Origin: Lingula anatina
Lineage: Eukaryota; Animalia; Brachiopoda
Reading direction: 5' to 3'
DNA length: 64,000 bases
Assembly: GCA_051362555.1 (NCBI GenBank)
Contig: JBPQGU010000016.1
Location: 5,766,001-5,830,000 of the forward strand
The position numbers and the translations under genes were made by a program. This document shows, one piece after another, positions 14,501-27,113 of the stretch; positions within the stretch are counted from its first letter, which is position 1; each line of letters opens with the position of its first letter. The notes below the pieces were generated by a model. The model made no database searches. It had not been told where the DNA came from and worked only from the letters and a program-made list of their open reading frames with translations.

Positions 14501-16250
14501 AAGGGATTCGACTATGTAGGGTCTCCTCAAGCCAAAAATAATAATGCCTAAGTGAGTCTGTGCCCTGAAGTTCATAATTAACTGGGAACCTGCCCCCCAT
14601 AACGTCAGCATGCCCCTGCCAGAACCGACACAGCCCTGCTGATGACTTTAAGGTGGTTTTCACTGAATTGCGAAAGTGGCCGAAACCCAAGGTCATTAGA
14701 TATAAGGGTTATGAAAATCTTGATACTTGACACAGAATCAGTCTAGTTGTTATGAAGACGTTTAGACTTGTACTGCATGCTGTTTATACATGTATCAGAG
14801 AGTATGACATGAAAACTTAGTGAATACTTGAAAGGCATTCAGATAGACAAGTGTCTCAGCAAAGAAAAATATTAACTTATGACTTATCAGTAATTAATGT
14901 ATCATCACCAAAACCTAATCACTTTTAAGTTAAACCTGTTCTGAACTATACTTAAAATTTCGTCAAAATACACCTTTTTTAAGCTAAGTTATTGGCGAAC
15001 AACCAGAGGTGAAAACATTCTTGCCAGCGGTAGATGTGCGTATTTTCTTATCTTGGGCTACCGTTTTGTAATATAATGTTCTGCGCGACTTTTTATGCAG
15101 AATAAAAATGAATTAATTGATACCGATATCGACGAATTCATACAAACCGTAATTATACACAGCACTCATTTGTGATGGAAATATTTACCATTTACCATTT
15201 TGATGTATAGACGTGAACCAAACAAAAATTAGAATCATCAATTTTTCAATGTTAACAATGATGTCTTATGGATTCATGTCAGTCACACGGTGTCAAACAA
15301 TCATGTTAACTACCTGGTTTTGTGACAGGTAGGTACAGCATGCCAAGAGTTTGTTCATGACAGATACCTGTTGTCAGGTGTTTATAACGACTCCAAACAA
15401 ATTTGAAGAAAATTGCAATTTGTTCTGAATGTAGTTCGTTGCCAATTTATCTCAAAATCTACATGATATAGCTGATAAACCACTCAAGCACCAAAAGTTT
15501 CTCGGTTTGTGTTAAGATATTTTCAGATCCCATGAGTAGACATTAAGATACCTAGTGCGTCACCAGTCTTGGCGACATTGAGTAAGGTCGTGTTTTGATT
15601 AATTTGACACCAAAACACTGGTTTTGAATATATTCAAGTTCCCAATCTTTATTGAAATCAGAAGGGGGCTGGGGAGGGAGGGGGGGGGGTGCCCAAAATG
15701 AATCTAACTCACACATCCCACGTCAGTTTCTAAGGGTACTTGCATCTCCTAATCAGTAAAACATTTCTAACAGCGGTATTAATCATGTCAACCATAATTA
15801 CTATTCACTTTCTCTCAGGTTTCGCTCAATTTGTGTGATTCACTCTCATGCTTCTTAGAACGTCACGGTGAGGAGACCGACATTTTTGTCTTCAATGTAA
15901 TTATTCTTGATAAGATTCATTTGTGTAAGATAAAAAATGCTGCCAGAACGATCACTTAAAATTGCAGCAGCGAGCAAATGTAATTTTTTCCCAAGAATAA
16001 GAAATACTGCCCATCTTTCCTAACATTTGGACAAAATGTTTTCTCATTTCAAACTAGAATGTGTCACATAATATTGACGTGGATTTCTCTGGTATCAAAA
16101 AGCATTAATTTTGATTATCAACAAAGAAGGAATGCATATTTTTGCCACAAGCAAGTAATTTCTTTCTGACAAAAACTATTAACTCGCTTCGTTTTGAAAT
16201 GAAATGCACACAGAACCCAGGAAAATGTCAACGAAATCTTACATAGGCCT

Positions 16251-16527
16251 TTATTACCTCCGCCAAGGAGGTAATGTTTTCACCGCTGTTTGTTTGTTTG
16301 GCTGTCATCAACATAACTCAGAAAGTTATGGACCGATTTTGATGAAATTTTCAGAAACTGTCAGAAGTGAGCCAAGGAACAGATGGTTAGTTTTTGGTGG
16401 TGATCCGTATCAATAATCAATCAATAATCAATAATAAAAAATATTGAAAATTTAGGGGTGAAAAGGCATTGGATGGAGACTTTGCTGCCTCGGCGGAGGT
16501 CTGCGCTCTCTGAGTGCTTTTCTAGTT
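16251..16527 (+). mobile_element. Non-autonomous Helentron-associated element (HINE/DINE-1-like)
   Basis: Starts TTATTACCTCCGCCAAGGAGG and has an internal (GTTT)n microsatellite. Inverted subterminal repeat CCTCGGCGGAGGT at 16488-16500, then a 3' hairpin GCGCTCTCTGAGTGC and a CTAGTT end. Confidence 0.8.
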
Positions 16528-17023
16528 TTGTTTCTACAATAGCACACGCTCTGGTGATTTCAGCAAGTTTGACGGCCATTTGTGAGCCAAATTGATGTTT
16601 CTCTTTCGTTTTTACTGCCTTATTTACAAAATATCTCACCTGTGCAGGTAAATGCCGTCCCTACCTAGCGGAGCACTTCCGCAGATTCACAATTTTCCAA
16701 ATTTCTTCTCCACATACTTTTGGCTCGTGATAATAACGGTGCTTTTTTATCATTTCAAAATCGGAATATTTACACAGTATCGTACTAAGCAATTACGAGA
16801 AAATAATTTTTCTGACAGATATTGGATTTCTTATTTCCCTAAAGACATCCGTTATACAGTGTTGCATCTTTGTTGCAAAAAATGATTAAAACTCCCTGGG
16901 TAACAGAACAGGAAGCTACCACTGCTGTAAATTTGGATTAAACTCATGATTTCCTAGTGGAACCATACAAACACACATTGACTTTATCAGAAGAAAATAG
17001 CTTAATTTGACCCCCCATCTACC

Positions 17024-17058
<35 letters not shown>

Positions 17059-19578
17059 CACACACAAACACACACTATCAAGATGCCTAGATTACCAAAG
17101 TAACTTTGTCCCCAAGAAACAGCTGTATGATCATATTTACGAAGCAACTGATACTTATATTTATAAATTAACTGATATGTTGTAAAACATTGTGACTGCA
17201 AGGACAACTCTTATGCGTTATACAAAACGCATCAAAACCAAAATCAACGCAGGTTAACTTGACAAAAATATCTTATATGGTTGTTGGGCAGTGTTGAGAA
17301 GAGTTGGGAAGGGGGAAAAAAGGGGGGGGGGATTTGCCATTACCTTTGCGTGAATACTTTTCCTTATTAAAACAATTGATCGCTAACCAAATGACCACAC
17401 TTTGCACGCTCTCGGTTTAAGCACACATAGAGGTTAGCCAGTCACTGATAATTGAGCAAAATTCCCTCAGACAAGTCATTATCTTTTACACTCCATCTTC
17501 TTGACTAGTCTGTCCAATTGATTAGTCCAAACTCCCCGATGACCTGAAACTGAAGTTCTTCTAAATTGTATAAATGAGCATGTAATAAACATCAGCGCAA
17601 AACCCCGCAAGACTTTAATGGCAATGGTCAACTTCCTCATTATCTATTGTATATAACATCTTCTCAAAGAGGAAGTAATAAGAAGAAACTGGATTGCCTT
17701 TCCAACCTTTTGCCACTAATATGCAAATACAAAAATTTGTCTCCAGAGGTTCGCTTCCAATAATTGCGATTCACCCCAAGATACATTCAAACCTAGTTTC
17801 TTAAACAATGCCGCCAACTTTGTTACATAGTATTTATAAAAAGAGGGGGGCCCACCCAAAGCCCTGCCCACCTTCTTGAAAATAATTAATAAATAAAAAT
17901 GATTGGAGAAAAAACAGTGGACACACTTGCTTCATATTCTTCGAGATCCTCTAAATAACTCAAAACTTAAAAATACATAACAGTAAATTGGAAACAATGA
18001 AGGCCTAACTTACACTTTGCTGTTTTCCATATCATGCTTTTCTTAATAATTTGACACAATGGGTATAGAATTTAATTGATCCTTCGTTTTTATCTTACAA
18101 TATTTATTTGGCATTCTCCAACAGGCAAGAATAATCTAACATGACTGCCCGCTATTCATTCCCGGAACTGGTTTTCTTCTCTGCTCTGATCTCTATCAAT
18201 AATGGGACGTTTTTATCTAGAAATTTCCCAACTAGGGATAATAAAGAAATAGCATCAATGTACGAATAACCCCCAAAAGCTCTTTATGTGGACCACATAT
18301 CTGGTGGAAAAATGCATTAGTCCAGTGAATACGTCTGTTGGTTTGTTAAATTGATCTTTCATATGCATTTGCAGGCTAATCACGTGGATGTTGGCGGCTA
18401 CAAAATGAACAAACATCTCTAGAAATTTTGACGTGTTTATTTTCATTACAATCGCATGACCAGTAGATATCTTCTTAAACTGAATTGAACCTTGCGGAAG
18501 CACAAAGTAATTAAGATGTATACCTGTCATTGTAGAATGCAATTAACACTGGCCACGCTGGTGCGTAAATCGGTAGAAAGTAACTGTTTTCCAGTCCTCT
18601 TGAATATTATTGCAAATGTCGTTATGCACATGCAGCGAATGCGTATGTGTGTTTTACAGATGGTTGCATTTGGTAGCAATAGTGAATGTCGGACACAGGA
18701 TAGGCCCTATATGCTAAAATTGTTTTGGGTATTTTGCAGTATTAGTTTGTGAAATACATTTGGCATGTATTTTTTCTCTCCTGTTAGATTTAGTATTGAG
18801 CCTTAATCTTCCATTTTGTTTGGAGGTGAGGGGGGGGGGATAAATAAGTTTTAGCTACGATAGTAATAGTCTCTTGTTTTATGTCTATTCCTTAAATGAA
18901 TCTGTAATTGGAATTCTATCTCTGCGCTAACATATAAAGCTATCATATGACCATTACCTACATACTGACTTAAATATTGATACCCGGGAAGACTGACAAT
19001 TTACTCTTTGATATTTCTAATAAGTAATGAAAAAAATGCAAAAGAAGAAGGTAACAGACATCGGTCTAGGCTTGATTTATATTAAATCACAGAAGACTTA
19101 GTCCCTCATTCCAGAGAAAATTACATTTTAATACCAGGGGTAATCCCGTTCTGATTGGTTACTAGCGAGCCCAGTTTGCGGGGTCATGTGCAGATGAGGA
19201 TTGAATTAAGTCAGCGATGACATGCGACTTGAAATTGGACTTGCTTGTATTGAATGGGCGGTCCCTTTGAGTTCAATGTGATATGGGATTTGAATAAGAA
19301 AAATTACACTTACAAATTTCCTGAGGTAAACAAACCAAGCCAATGTGTTGATTTACATGTACAAACCAGCAAAAGAAGCAAACTACGCTTTTTGTTTCGC
19401 TTCTTTTAAGTCTTTAAAAAATTAATTTTGTCGTCAGTCACTGACAACATCAACATCGTGTGCAAAATTAGCCTTTCCAAACATAGCGGGACATTTGCTA
19501 ATGTAAGTGTAACCCCCAATTAAGGATGCAAAATGGTGACTATACATGTATAGTCCCGTGTCAAGTACAAGATCCATG

Positions 19579-19825
19579 CAGTGGCGAATTTAGAGGGGGG
19601 GGGGGGGGGGGGGTCAGGGGTGTCGGGGTGTGTGTGTGTCCTGACCCCTCTTTCGATTTCTGGTCCCCTCTTGAAATTAGTATTTTTACTAGCTGAATCA
19701 TAGTTCTTAACCGTACTAAAAATATTCAGGGCCCGCTGAAGGGCCCCGAACCCCACGCCAAGGGGGGGGGGGGGTCGGCTTTGGATCCGCGGACCCCCCT
19801 TCAAATAATCTTGAATCCGCCCCTG
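19579..19825. mobile_element. hAT-type MITE with 8-bp TSD
   Basis: Ends CAGTGGCGAATT...AATCCGCCCCTG. Flanks GATCCATG (19571-78) and GGTCCATG (19826-33) match at 7 of 8 positions. Contains internal G/C runs. Confidence 0.8.
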
Positions 19826-21899
19826 GGTCCATGGGTGTGAGTGGATCATTTTTATAAAACCATCGTTACATATATCCCATCATGATATCAATTAGAAGTA
19901 TCAATCAGCGACGTACTTGCATGTAGGTTTCAAGGAAAGATCAAAACGCTATCATTTTGGACTGCTTAATTTTTAAATCTCATCTCGGACTCACCTACGT
20001 TAACGCTAGGACCTCGTGTGTTTGTACGCCACCCTTTACTAAAACCACATGTACAGATTGGTTGTTACTACATATTCACAGATATGTATCTGGATAATTC
20101 TGTACAATATTCTGTAGAAGGCAAAGGAATCCATTTGTATAGTACATGTATTAAAATACAACATTAGTATTGTTGCATTCTCATAACTATTTCTTTCAGA
20201 TCTACAATGACGTCTGTTACAATTATTTTTTCGTTGCATCTAGCTAAGATTACAAAAACACTTGTCCAAAGTTAGATAATTATCTGGTGTCTGGTCTTAC
20301 CTGGGATCTGAAGGAATAGAAGACTCTCGGGTGTCGGTTACCTGGGGAATTAGCAAGAATAAGAATGATGGGTCTAAGCATGGACAAATGACTTATACTG
20401 TTTTCTACAGTGTCTGAGTATGATCCCTGGAAAATGGCGGAAATTGATGATAATACGTTTGACAAGTACATAAATAATTTAAGAGAAATATAAGGTTAAA
20501 GCAAATCTAATTTCTTCCAGAAATACGCAATTTTCCCTACCCGGGAATTAAGGCTCGAGCCGTCCTTTGACTTGAACTGGATGTTTTGAGCCACTTTTCG
20601 TTAAATTATTAATTCTAAATAACTCCACAGTCATTTATACCGCTATGTTTCCCTAACATTTAAGAAGGAAGTATGGACATCAGGTGGTGTTATTTGAGAT
20701 TCCGCAATCTATATACCATCTTTAAATCATTAGGAAAATTCGATTTTGGTTGTAACTGAATTAGCATCACTTAGGTTCAGACCCGTAAAACACTTCAAGA
20801 GTCGTTTCTATTTATACACAGTGCCAATTGCAGGAGAAATTTAAAAGCACAGCTTTGTCTCTGGCTGTCAGAAATGCAGGGCAGTCTTAGCGTGTAAGGT
20901 GTATTGTTTACCGTAGTATGAAGAATGCAATAAGAGATAAAAACAAAAACAGTTTAAATAAAAAAGTCGTTGAAAAAAGTTAATGTTTAACTTTGGGAAC
21001 CCTCCTTGTTTTCTGAGCCTTAGGTCCTACGCACGCCAACTTCTTAATTGCCTACATGTAGATCTGGCATCCTCCTTCACGCACCGTTACTACCCTACAT
21101 AAGTTAACGATGTGGTGATCAAAGTAACGGTTTGGGGGAGAAACGATGCCATGATAAAATTATCTCTTTACTGGGGGTGGACGGGGGAAGGGGGGTGTTG
21201 GATATGGACACAGAAAAAATGACTTTGAGGTTTTTTAAGACGCGTTCCGAATACTTTTCACAGATCTGTCAAACATTATTTTTGTGATCGGCGCGGTAAA
21301 CTTCAAATAAGTTAGATGCGACATGTATAGAAATTTACAAACGAAAAGCTGAGCGGTCGCGGTTCAGGCTAACAGAATAAAGTTACTCGTAAAATTATGA
21401 TATTATATCAGAACCAGTAGACCTATAACCAGTATTTTACATACGCTATGCTGTGCACATGAAATTTACAGATGAAACGAATAGTCCAAGCTAAGTATTA
21501 GCATTACATTTACTATTCCAGCACGTTTACGTTGAGCCAATCAATGTTGTATAAATAAATATGACATATCTAGTTTGCTAAAATCGACCAAATTACCACA
21601 GAAGATAATTATTTTGAATATTTTTGATTCTCCAATTTACTACTTCCAAGCAGGGATCACTCAAGACAGTCAAAAGATAGTCAAGCGAAATAACGACAGT
21701 CTAGCGACGGCACAACGAAGAAGAATTGATTTTTTTTTAAATAAAAAATCCTTATCAATTTTTCTGGTGTTTTTTTTTCCTAGAGGGACAACGCTTTTTA
21801 TTTGAAAGTACATAAACAACTTACCTGAACATGAAAACTAATAATTTTTGATAATTTTTAACAGATAAGGTTCATAGATAAATGTTGCCAAAATAATCC

Positions 21900-22400
21900 A
21901 AATTAGCAGCTCCGGATTAACCCCGCCCCTGTCAGACATCTTTTTGAATCGCGCGCGTAACCTTTGCTTCTTCACTTTCGGCCTTACATCCGGGTACTTA
22001 CCGCAAGTAAGGCCCCATAATACCCTGTGTTACGTACTCACGAGGCTATGTAAGGTTTATATATCCATGTTCTGGAAAACTGTGTCTTCCGTCGCACCTT
22101 CTACAATATACAATGTAATTCGCATTTTTCAAGTTTTTTTTAATCAGTTCACTCACCAGTTTGATAACCTTTTATATCTTTTTGGATGAAATAACGCCAG
22201 GCATTCGTGCATCCTCAGTCAGTGCTTCCATTTACGCGCTAATTGTAAAAAGTCACGAAGGTAAGTGTAACACAGGGTGTGTTGGGACCTTATCGGCGTA
22301 TTTCACGTGCAGGTACCGAAAACTGAGTCAAGCGGAATCCGGAAGTCCGTATTCGACCTCCTTGACGGCCTTTTTAATTTCCCCAGATTTGTTAGTCAGT
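21900..22400. promoter_or_regulatory. CpG-rich putative (bidirectional) promoter with short non-coding plus-strand first exon ~22217-22260
   Basis: GC box CCCCGCCCC 21921, CGCGCGCG ~21950, Inr-like TCAGTC 22215, donor AAG|GTAAGT at 22261, E-box CACGTG 22304, AP-1 TGAGTCA 22324, ETS CCGGAAGT 22339. Minus-strand consensus donors at 22001 and 21824. Confidence 0.55.
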
Positions 22401-24387
22401 AAAGAGGGATTTAAAGTTGATTATTCTGAGATAAATATCAAGGATAATTCCCACTGAAGTGCTGCAGATCGTATGAAATAATCTTAACTGACTTACCATA
22501 GTTTATTCTTATTATTCAACTCCTAACTTTCAGATTTACGTAAGTATCCAGGCAATTTATGACCGTTATAAACCTCGTTATAATCATTAGATGTTTCATG
22601 GGATTTACACATATTCTGGGGAGAACAAATTTCAAAATCTCATAAATTGCAACATGAATTTACTAAATCAGCAAAATGCATGTTATTCACTGTAAGCCTG
22701 CGTAATTATAGGGATACTAAATATGATTTAGGTTTGACTTGATCGGTGTTCATTTTTGTCTCGGATGAATTCTAATAAAACTGATTAAATAAAATGTTTT
22801 CATAAATATCTGGAAAATTAACTGACTACCAACTCCCTTTAGGCCATGTGTGTCCAAGCTTGTGGAACTTGCATTTCGTCTATTTTAACGTACAATATAT
22901 CCAACTGAGGGAAAGAACATTTGTATTTGCAGGATATGTTACAATAAAAATTCTATAATCATTTACAAAAAATGGTATTGGCCAACTTATCATAGATCAA
23001 TGTTGAAGTCCTTGAAATTAATTACAAGCATACAAATGTCCAGTGCTAGTAGCTCACTAAAGCCACCATGAATGTAATTCATACATAAAATTAAAGTTGT
23101 TTTAGAGAAAAAAAACTTGATACTGAATGTGCATCCAATACATACCTGTCCAAGTATATCTGTACACCTGTCCATGCATTTAGCAAGGAGATAGGAATTA
23201 AGGTAAGATCTGGGAACAGGAGGATAGTTATAAAATATTACAATGGACAGCTCCTACCTGGTCTTGGTTGCACTACATGTGTAGCTACATGTATCACTTG
23301 CTTTGATGTTATCCTTGTCGTAAAGCAGGTTTTTATTACCAAGCTGCATGTCAGAAACAAAGTTAGTGGATTAATATTGGCATTGTTTCCTTGTTTTTTC
23401 ATAACCCCTTATAATCTGCTGGTCTGCTCTCCCAGGTCCATCAATTATCAAACATGCCTGCTTGTAGTATGTGTATTCACATTTATTGTTTGCCCCCCAG
23501 TGACCAAGCTGTACATGTTCTAGTTGTTCAATGCATCAGTAGATGTCTGTGATATGAATACATATATATACTCACCATGAGCTGAGGGAACTGTGCTTTC
23601 TTGCTTGGTTAACACTGTACACAGCACTGGCTCAATACACTGTTTTTATAGACCTTGGGTTTAAATAGTAATGTCTAAAAAAAAAGAAAAAAAAAAGCAG
23701 ATTTAGTCATTTCTTACTATACTGTTCATGTTGTAAATGATTGATGATATCTGAAATGGTTTTGATGTACACAGTACATGTATATGCAAGGAAGTTACTG
23801 TTAAGAAAAAACACTTGTTTTTAAAGGGACTAATTATGTGATTGTCAATTTCTTAAAAGATACTAATTTTCTCTTCAGTGAGCCTAATTACACTTGTTGT
23901 CATAGGGTGCATTGCATCCAGAAGTAACGACATTACAACCCTGCTCAAAATTTGAATAGTGTCTACTTGGTAACACTTCACTTTGCTTAAGCCATCCAAG
24001 GAACAATTATGCATGCCACTTAAGAAGGAACTTAAGGCATTTTAGAGTTCTGAAATAAATGGCATGGTGGTTGGAAATAATGATTACTTAAATATTATTG
24101 TAGAAGCCAGAAAACTATATTTCTAAATTGTACATTTTGCACACAAGAACCCTGTAAAGTGTCTCTTTAACACCACATATAATATGATGGTTCTTTGTAG
24201 GAAGCAATGCATGCGTCATGGGCAATATTTAAAAGGGTGCTATATCCTCTTACTGCGGGGGAGTGGGGTTTGGGGAATTACACACACATTTTATATATTT
24301 ATTAAAGGGCCGTGTAGGCCAGTCTAAGTTCAATTGGAGTGAAAGTGAAAAAACGTCATCTGATATTTCATATCCTGTTCAGCCATG

Positions 24388-24668
24388 CAGTGGCGGATCA
24401 AGGGGGGGACAGGGGGGGTCCTGACCCCCCCCCTTTTAATTTCTGAAAACTAATAATCCCCTCTTGAAATTAGAATTTGACCAGCTGAATCATAGTTCTA
24501 AACTATATATACCAAAGGCACCATTCACCTTCTAAAATACCAACATTTTTTCTGGCCCCTCAGCAGGTCTGTACCCCACACGAGGGGGGGGGGGGGGGGA
24601 GCTTCGCATCCGCATTCCCCCCCCCCCCCCCCCCCCCCCCCCCCGAAATAATTCTGGATCCACCCCTG
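24388..24668. mobile_element. MITE, same family as 19579-19825
   Basis: Ends CAGTGGCGGATC...GGATCCACCCCTG and shares the internal CCCTCTTGAAATTAG..AGCTGAATCATAGTTCT core. No clear TSD. Confidence 0.75.
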
Positions 24669-25132
24669 TCATATATATATATCAAGGACAATGTCCACAT
24701 TGGGGGATGTGGTCTGAATGCCCTGTATATGAACTGAAACTCAGGAATACAGTTGGATGAAATTTTTAAAGTTAAAGATAACACCATCTTTATACCAATA
24801 ATATCAAGACTCCTGTGTGCAAATATCTGAGCTAGTTCTAGAACTTTTATCCTCATCAGAAATCTCATTAGGACTGCTGGATGATTTTAGGTGAGAACAG
24901 CTCACTTAATTAGTACTGTGTGTGATAAATTTGTTTTTTAAAACAATTAAAATTGTTGATGAACATGCAATTGTCTGCAAGTCTTAAATGTTGTGAAATG
25001 CCATTTATTGAGTATTCATTTCATGGATAAAACATTTAAAATTGCAAATTCATCTTGTTTATTTAACATGCATAATTTTGGACATGTAGGCATCTGCAAT
25101 ATAGGTTTGAAAGTGAAGCCTAATATTGGGTC

Positions 25133-25390
25133 GATTTTGAGTAGAAGTGGAAGAACAACTGAATTACCAATGCGGATATAGAAAATCTAATTGCCTAATG
25201 ACGTATGCCATTCTCATTTATCTTTTTTAAGTAAGATTTTGTCATTGTTTTGCAGCTAATTGAGTCAGTTTTGAGTATGAGTGGAAGAACAACAGAAATA
25301 CCAATGCGGATGTAGAAAATCTAATTGCTTAATGGCATATGCCATTCTCATTTATCTTTTTTTATTAAGATTTTGTCAGTTTTTTGCTTG
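25133..25390. repeat. Diverged ~135-bp tandem duplication
   Basis: AGTGGAAGAACAAC.GAA.TACCAATGCGGAT.TAGAAAATCTAATTGC.TAATG...ATGCCATTCTCATTTATCTTTTTT occurs twice. Confidence 0.9.
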
Positions 25391-27113
25391 AGGAGTAAGT
25401 GCTGTGTAGTAAACCCATAAAGCTTGAAATTGTAATTCAATAATAAAAAAATTACCACCCACTTGTAGATGATTGCATATATAATACCACAGAAACTGGA
25501 TGATAACTGAATTTGTATGAGAGCGCATGTGTTGGTGTTGTCTGGGTGTTGATGAAGAGTTTGTCCTTGGTGGAGGACAGAAGAACTCAAGGCCAGATGC
25601 CCTCCTCGCTAGGCAGTTTTTTAGGGGTTGCGTTTATTGTTTGGGACAGGTTCTGGATAACAGTACATCCTGGGAGAGGGGCCATCTCAAAATTGTAGGG
25701 AGGCGTGTTCTCTCAGTATGTTTACACTTCATTCTTTAGTAGTTACCTCTTAGTGAGTCAACACCCCCTCTCTCTGTAATTAAACTTTCTGTAACACAAG
25801 TATTAACATAGGAGTCTTGTTTTAGGTAGAAATGCTACCACATGTAGTACATGAACTATCAAGATACTGAAACAATGCAGTATTTCCATCTACTAGTGTA
25901 TTATTGACACCTAACCCTTTGAAAGGAGTATTTAGTTAACGGAACTCTGTACAAAACTGGTGATACGGTCCCTTAATTAAATTAATTCAAGTGAAAATCA
26001 CATGACGGACTGTCACTTGAGGTCCTATTGTTTGTCTTGACAGTTTTGATCATTTCAACCTGGTGTATCATGGGGGACAGAGCTTGCTGCAGAAACTTAG
26101 TCTTTGGCATTATTTTGCTAACATTGGTAGGTACATCTCTATTTTTTGTTTTTTATCAATATTGTAATAAAAATATACATTAAGGACATCTTCTTTAATG
26201 CAAGTGAGGTAAGGGTTTCACAGGGAAAGTTTTATATTTTTGTTTTGATTAGTCAGCAATTTCAGACACAAATATTTGTGCTTCATTTGGTATTTACTGC
26301 AGAAAATGAAATCAGTGGTTTAATTTCGATTTTGTTTTCAAAAGATATGATTAATATCCTTACTAGTTGTTAAGTATGTATATATCTGATAATTTAAGGT
26401 ATGGCTATGAAACTTTGAAATCTAACTAAAAAAAATAAATAAAAATAAATAAATAAATAAATAAAAAAGAAAAAAAAAACATTTGGATTTGAATGTGTGA
26501 TGTAATCAGTTTGACCAGAGCATTCAAGTTGGTTTTGTTGTGTTATAATAATACATGTAGGTTACTATAATAGGATTATTCTACAGTATTTTTCTTCACT
26601 AACATATTTTTCTTTATTCATAATTATTTTTGTCACTTCTTTGACAGTCAGTGCACCACATTACTTATTTTAATTTGTCAACATAATGGCTTGGTTATTA
26701 CATAACAGAGTTACACTGAATTCTAAATCTGCCCCTGGTATTCCACTCGGTGTGAATTAAGAGGGTATGTCTGGTGTGTGACAGCCTATGTCATCATTAG
26801 CCCACAGCCTCGCTTTGAACACTTTGGTATTTCGCTGTCATGCTTGTCTGTATTTTAATATGTTTTGGTGTATTCCAAGCACCATAACAAAATACAAGTG
26901 CAGTCATCCTATTGTGAGAAGCACCCCCCCCCCCCCTTCAGTGGGCCCCAAAATATTTTGGTATTTGAGAAGGCAAACGGTACCATTTGGAACAGTTTAG
27001 AACTATGATGCAGTTTGACATAATTCTAATTTCAAGAGGGGACCATTGGTGTGATCTTTTTCAGAAATCAAAGGAGGGGGGGGGGAGGCCAGGACCTCCT
27101 GATCCACCCTTAA

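Noticed and set aside
11130-21800. Numerous 60-125 aa ORFs upstream of the GPCR
   Set aside because: They have no motifs, often use non-ATG starts and show low-complexity composition, consistent with intronic or intergenic noise.
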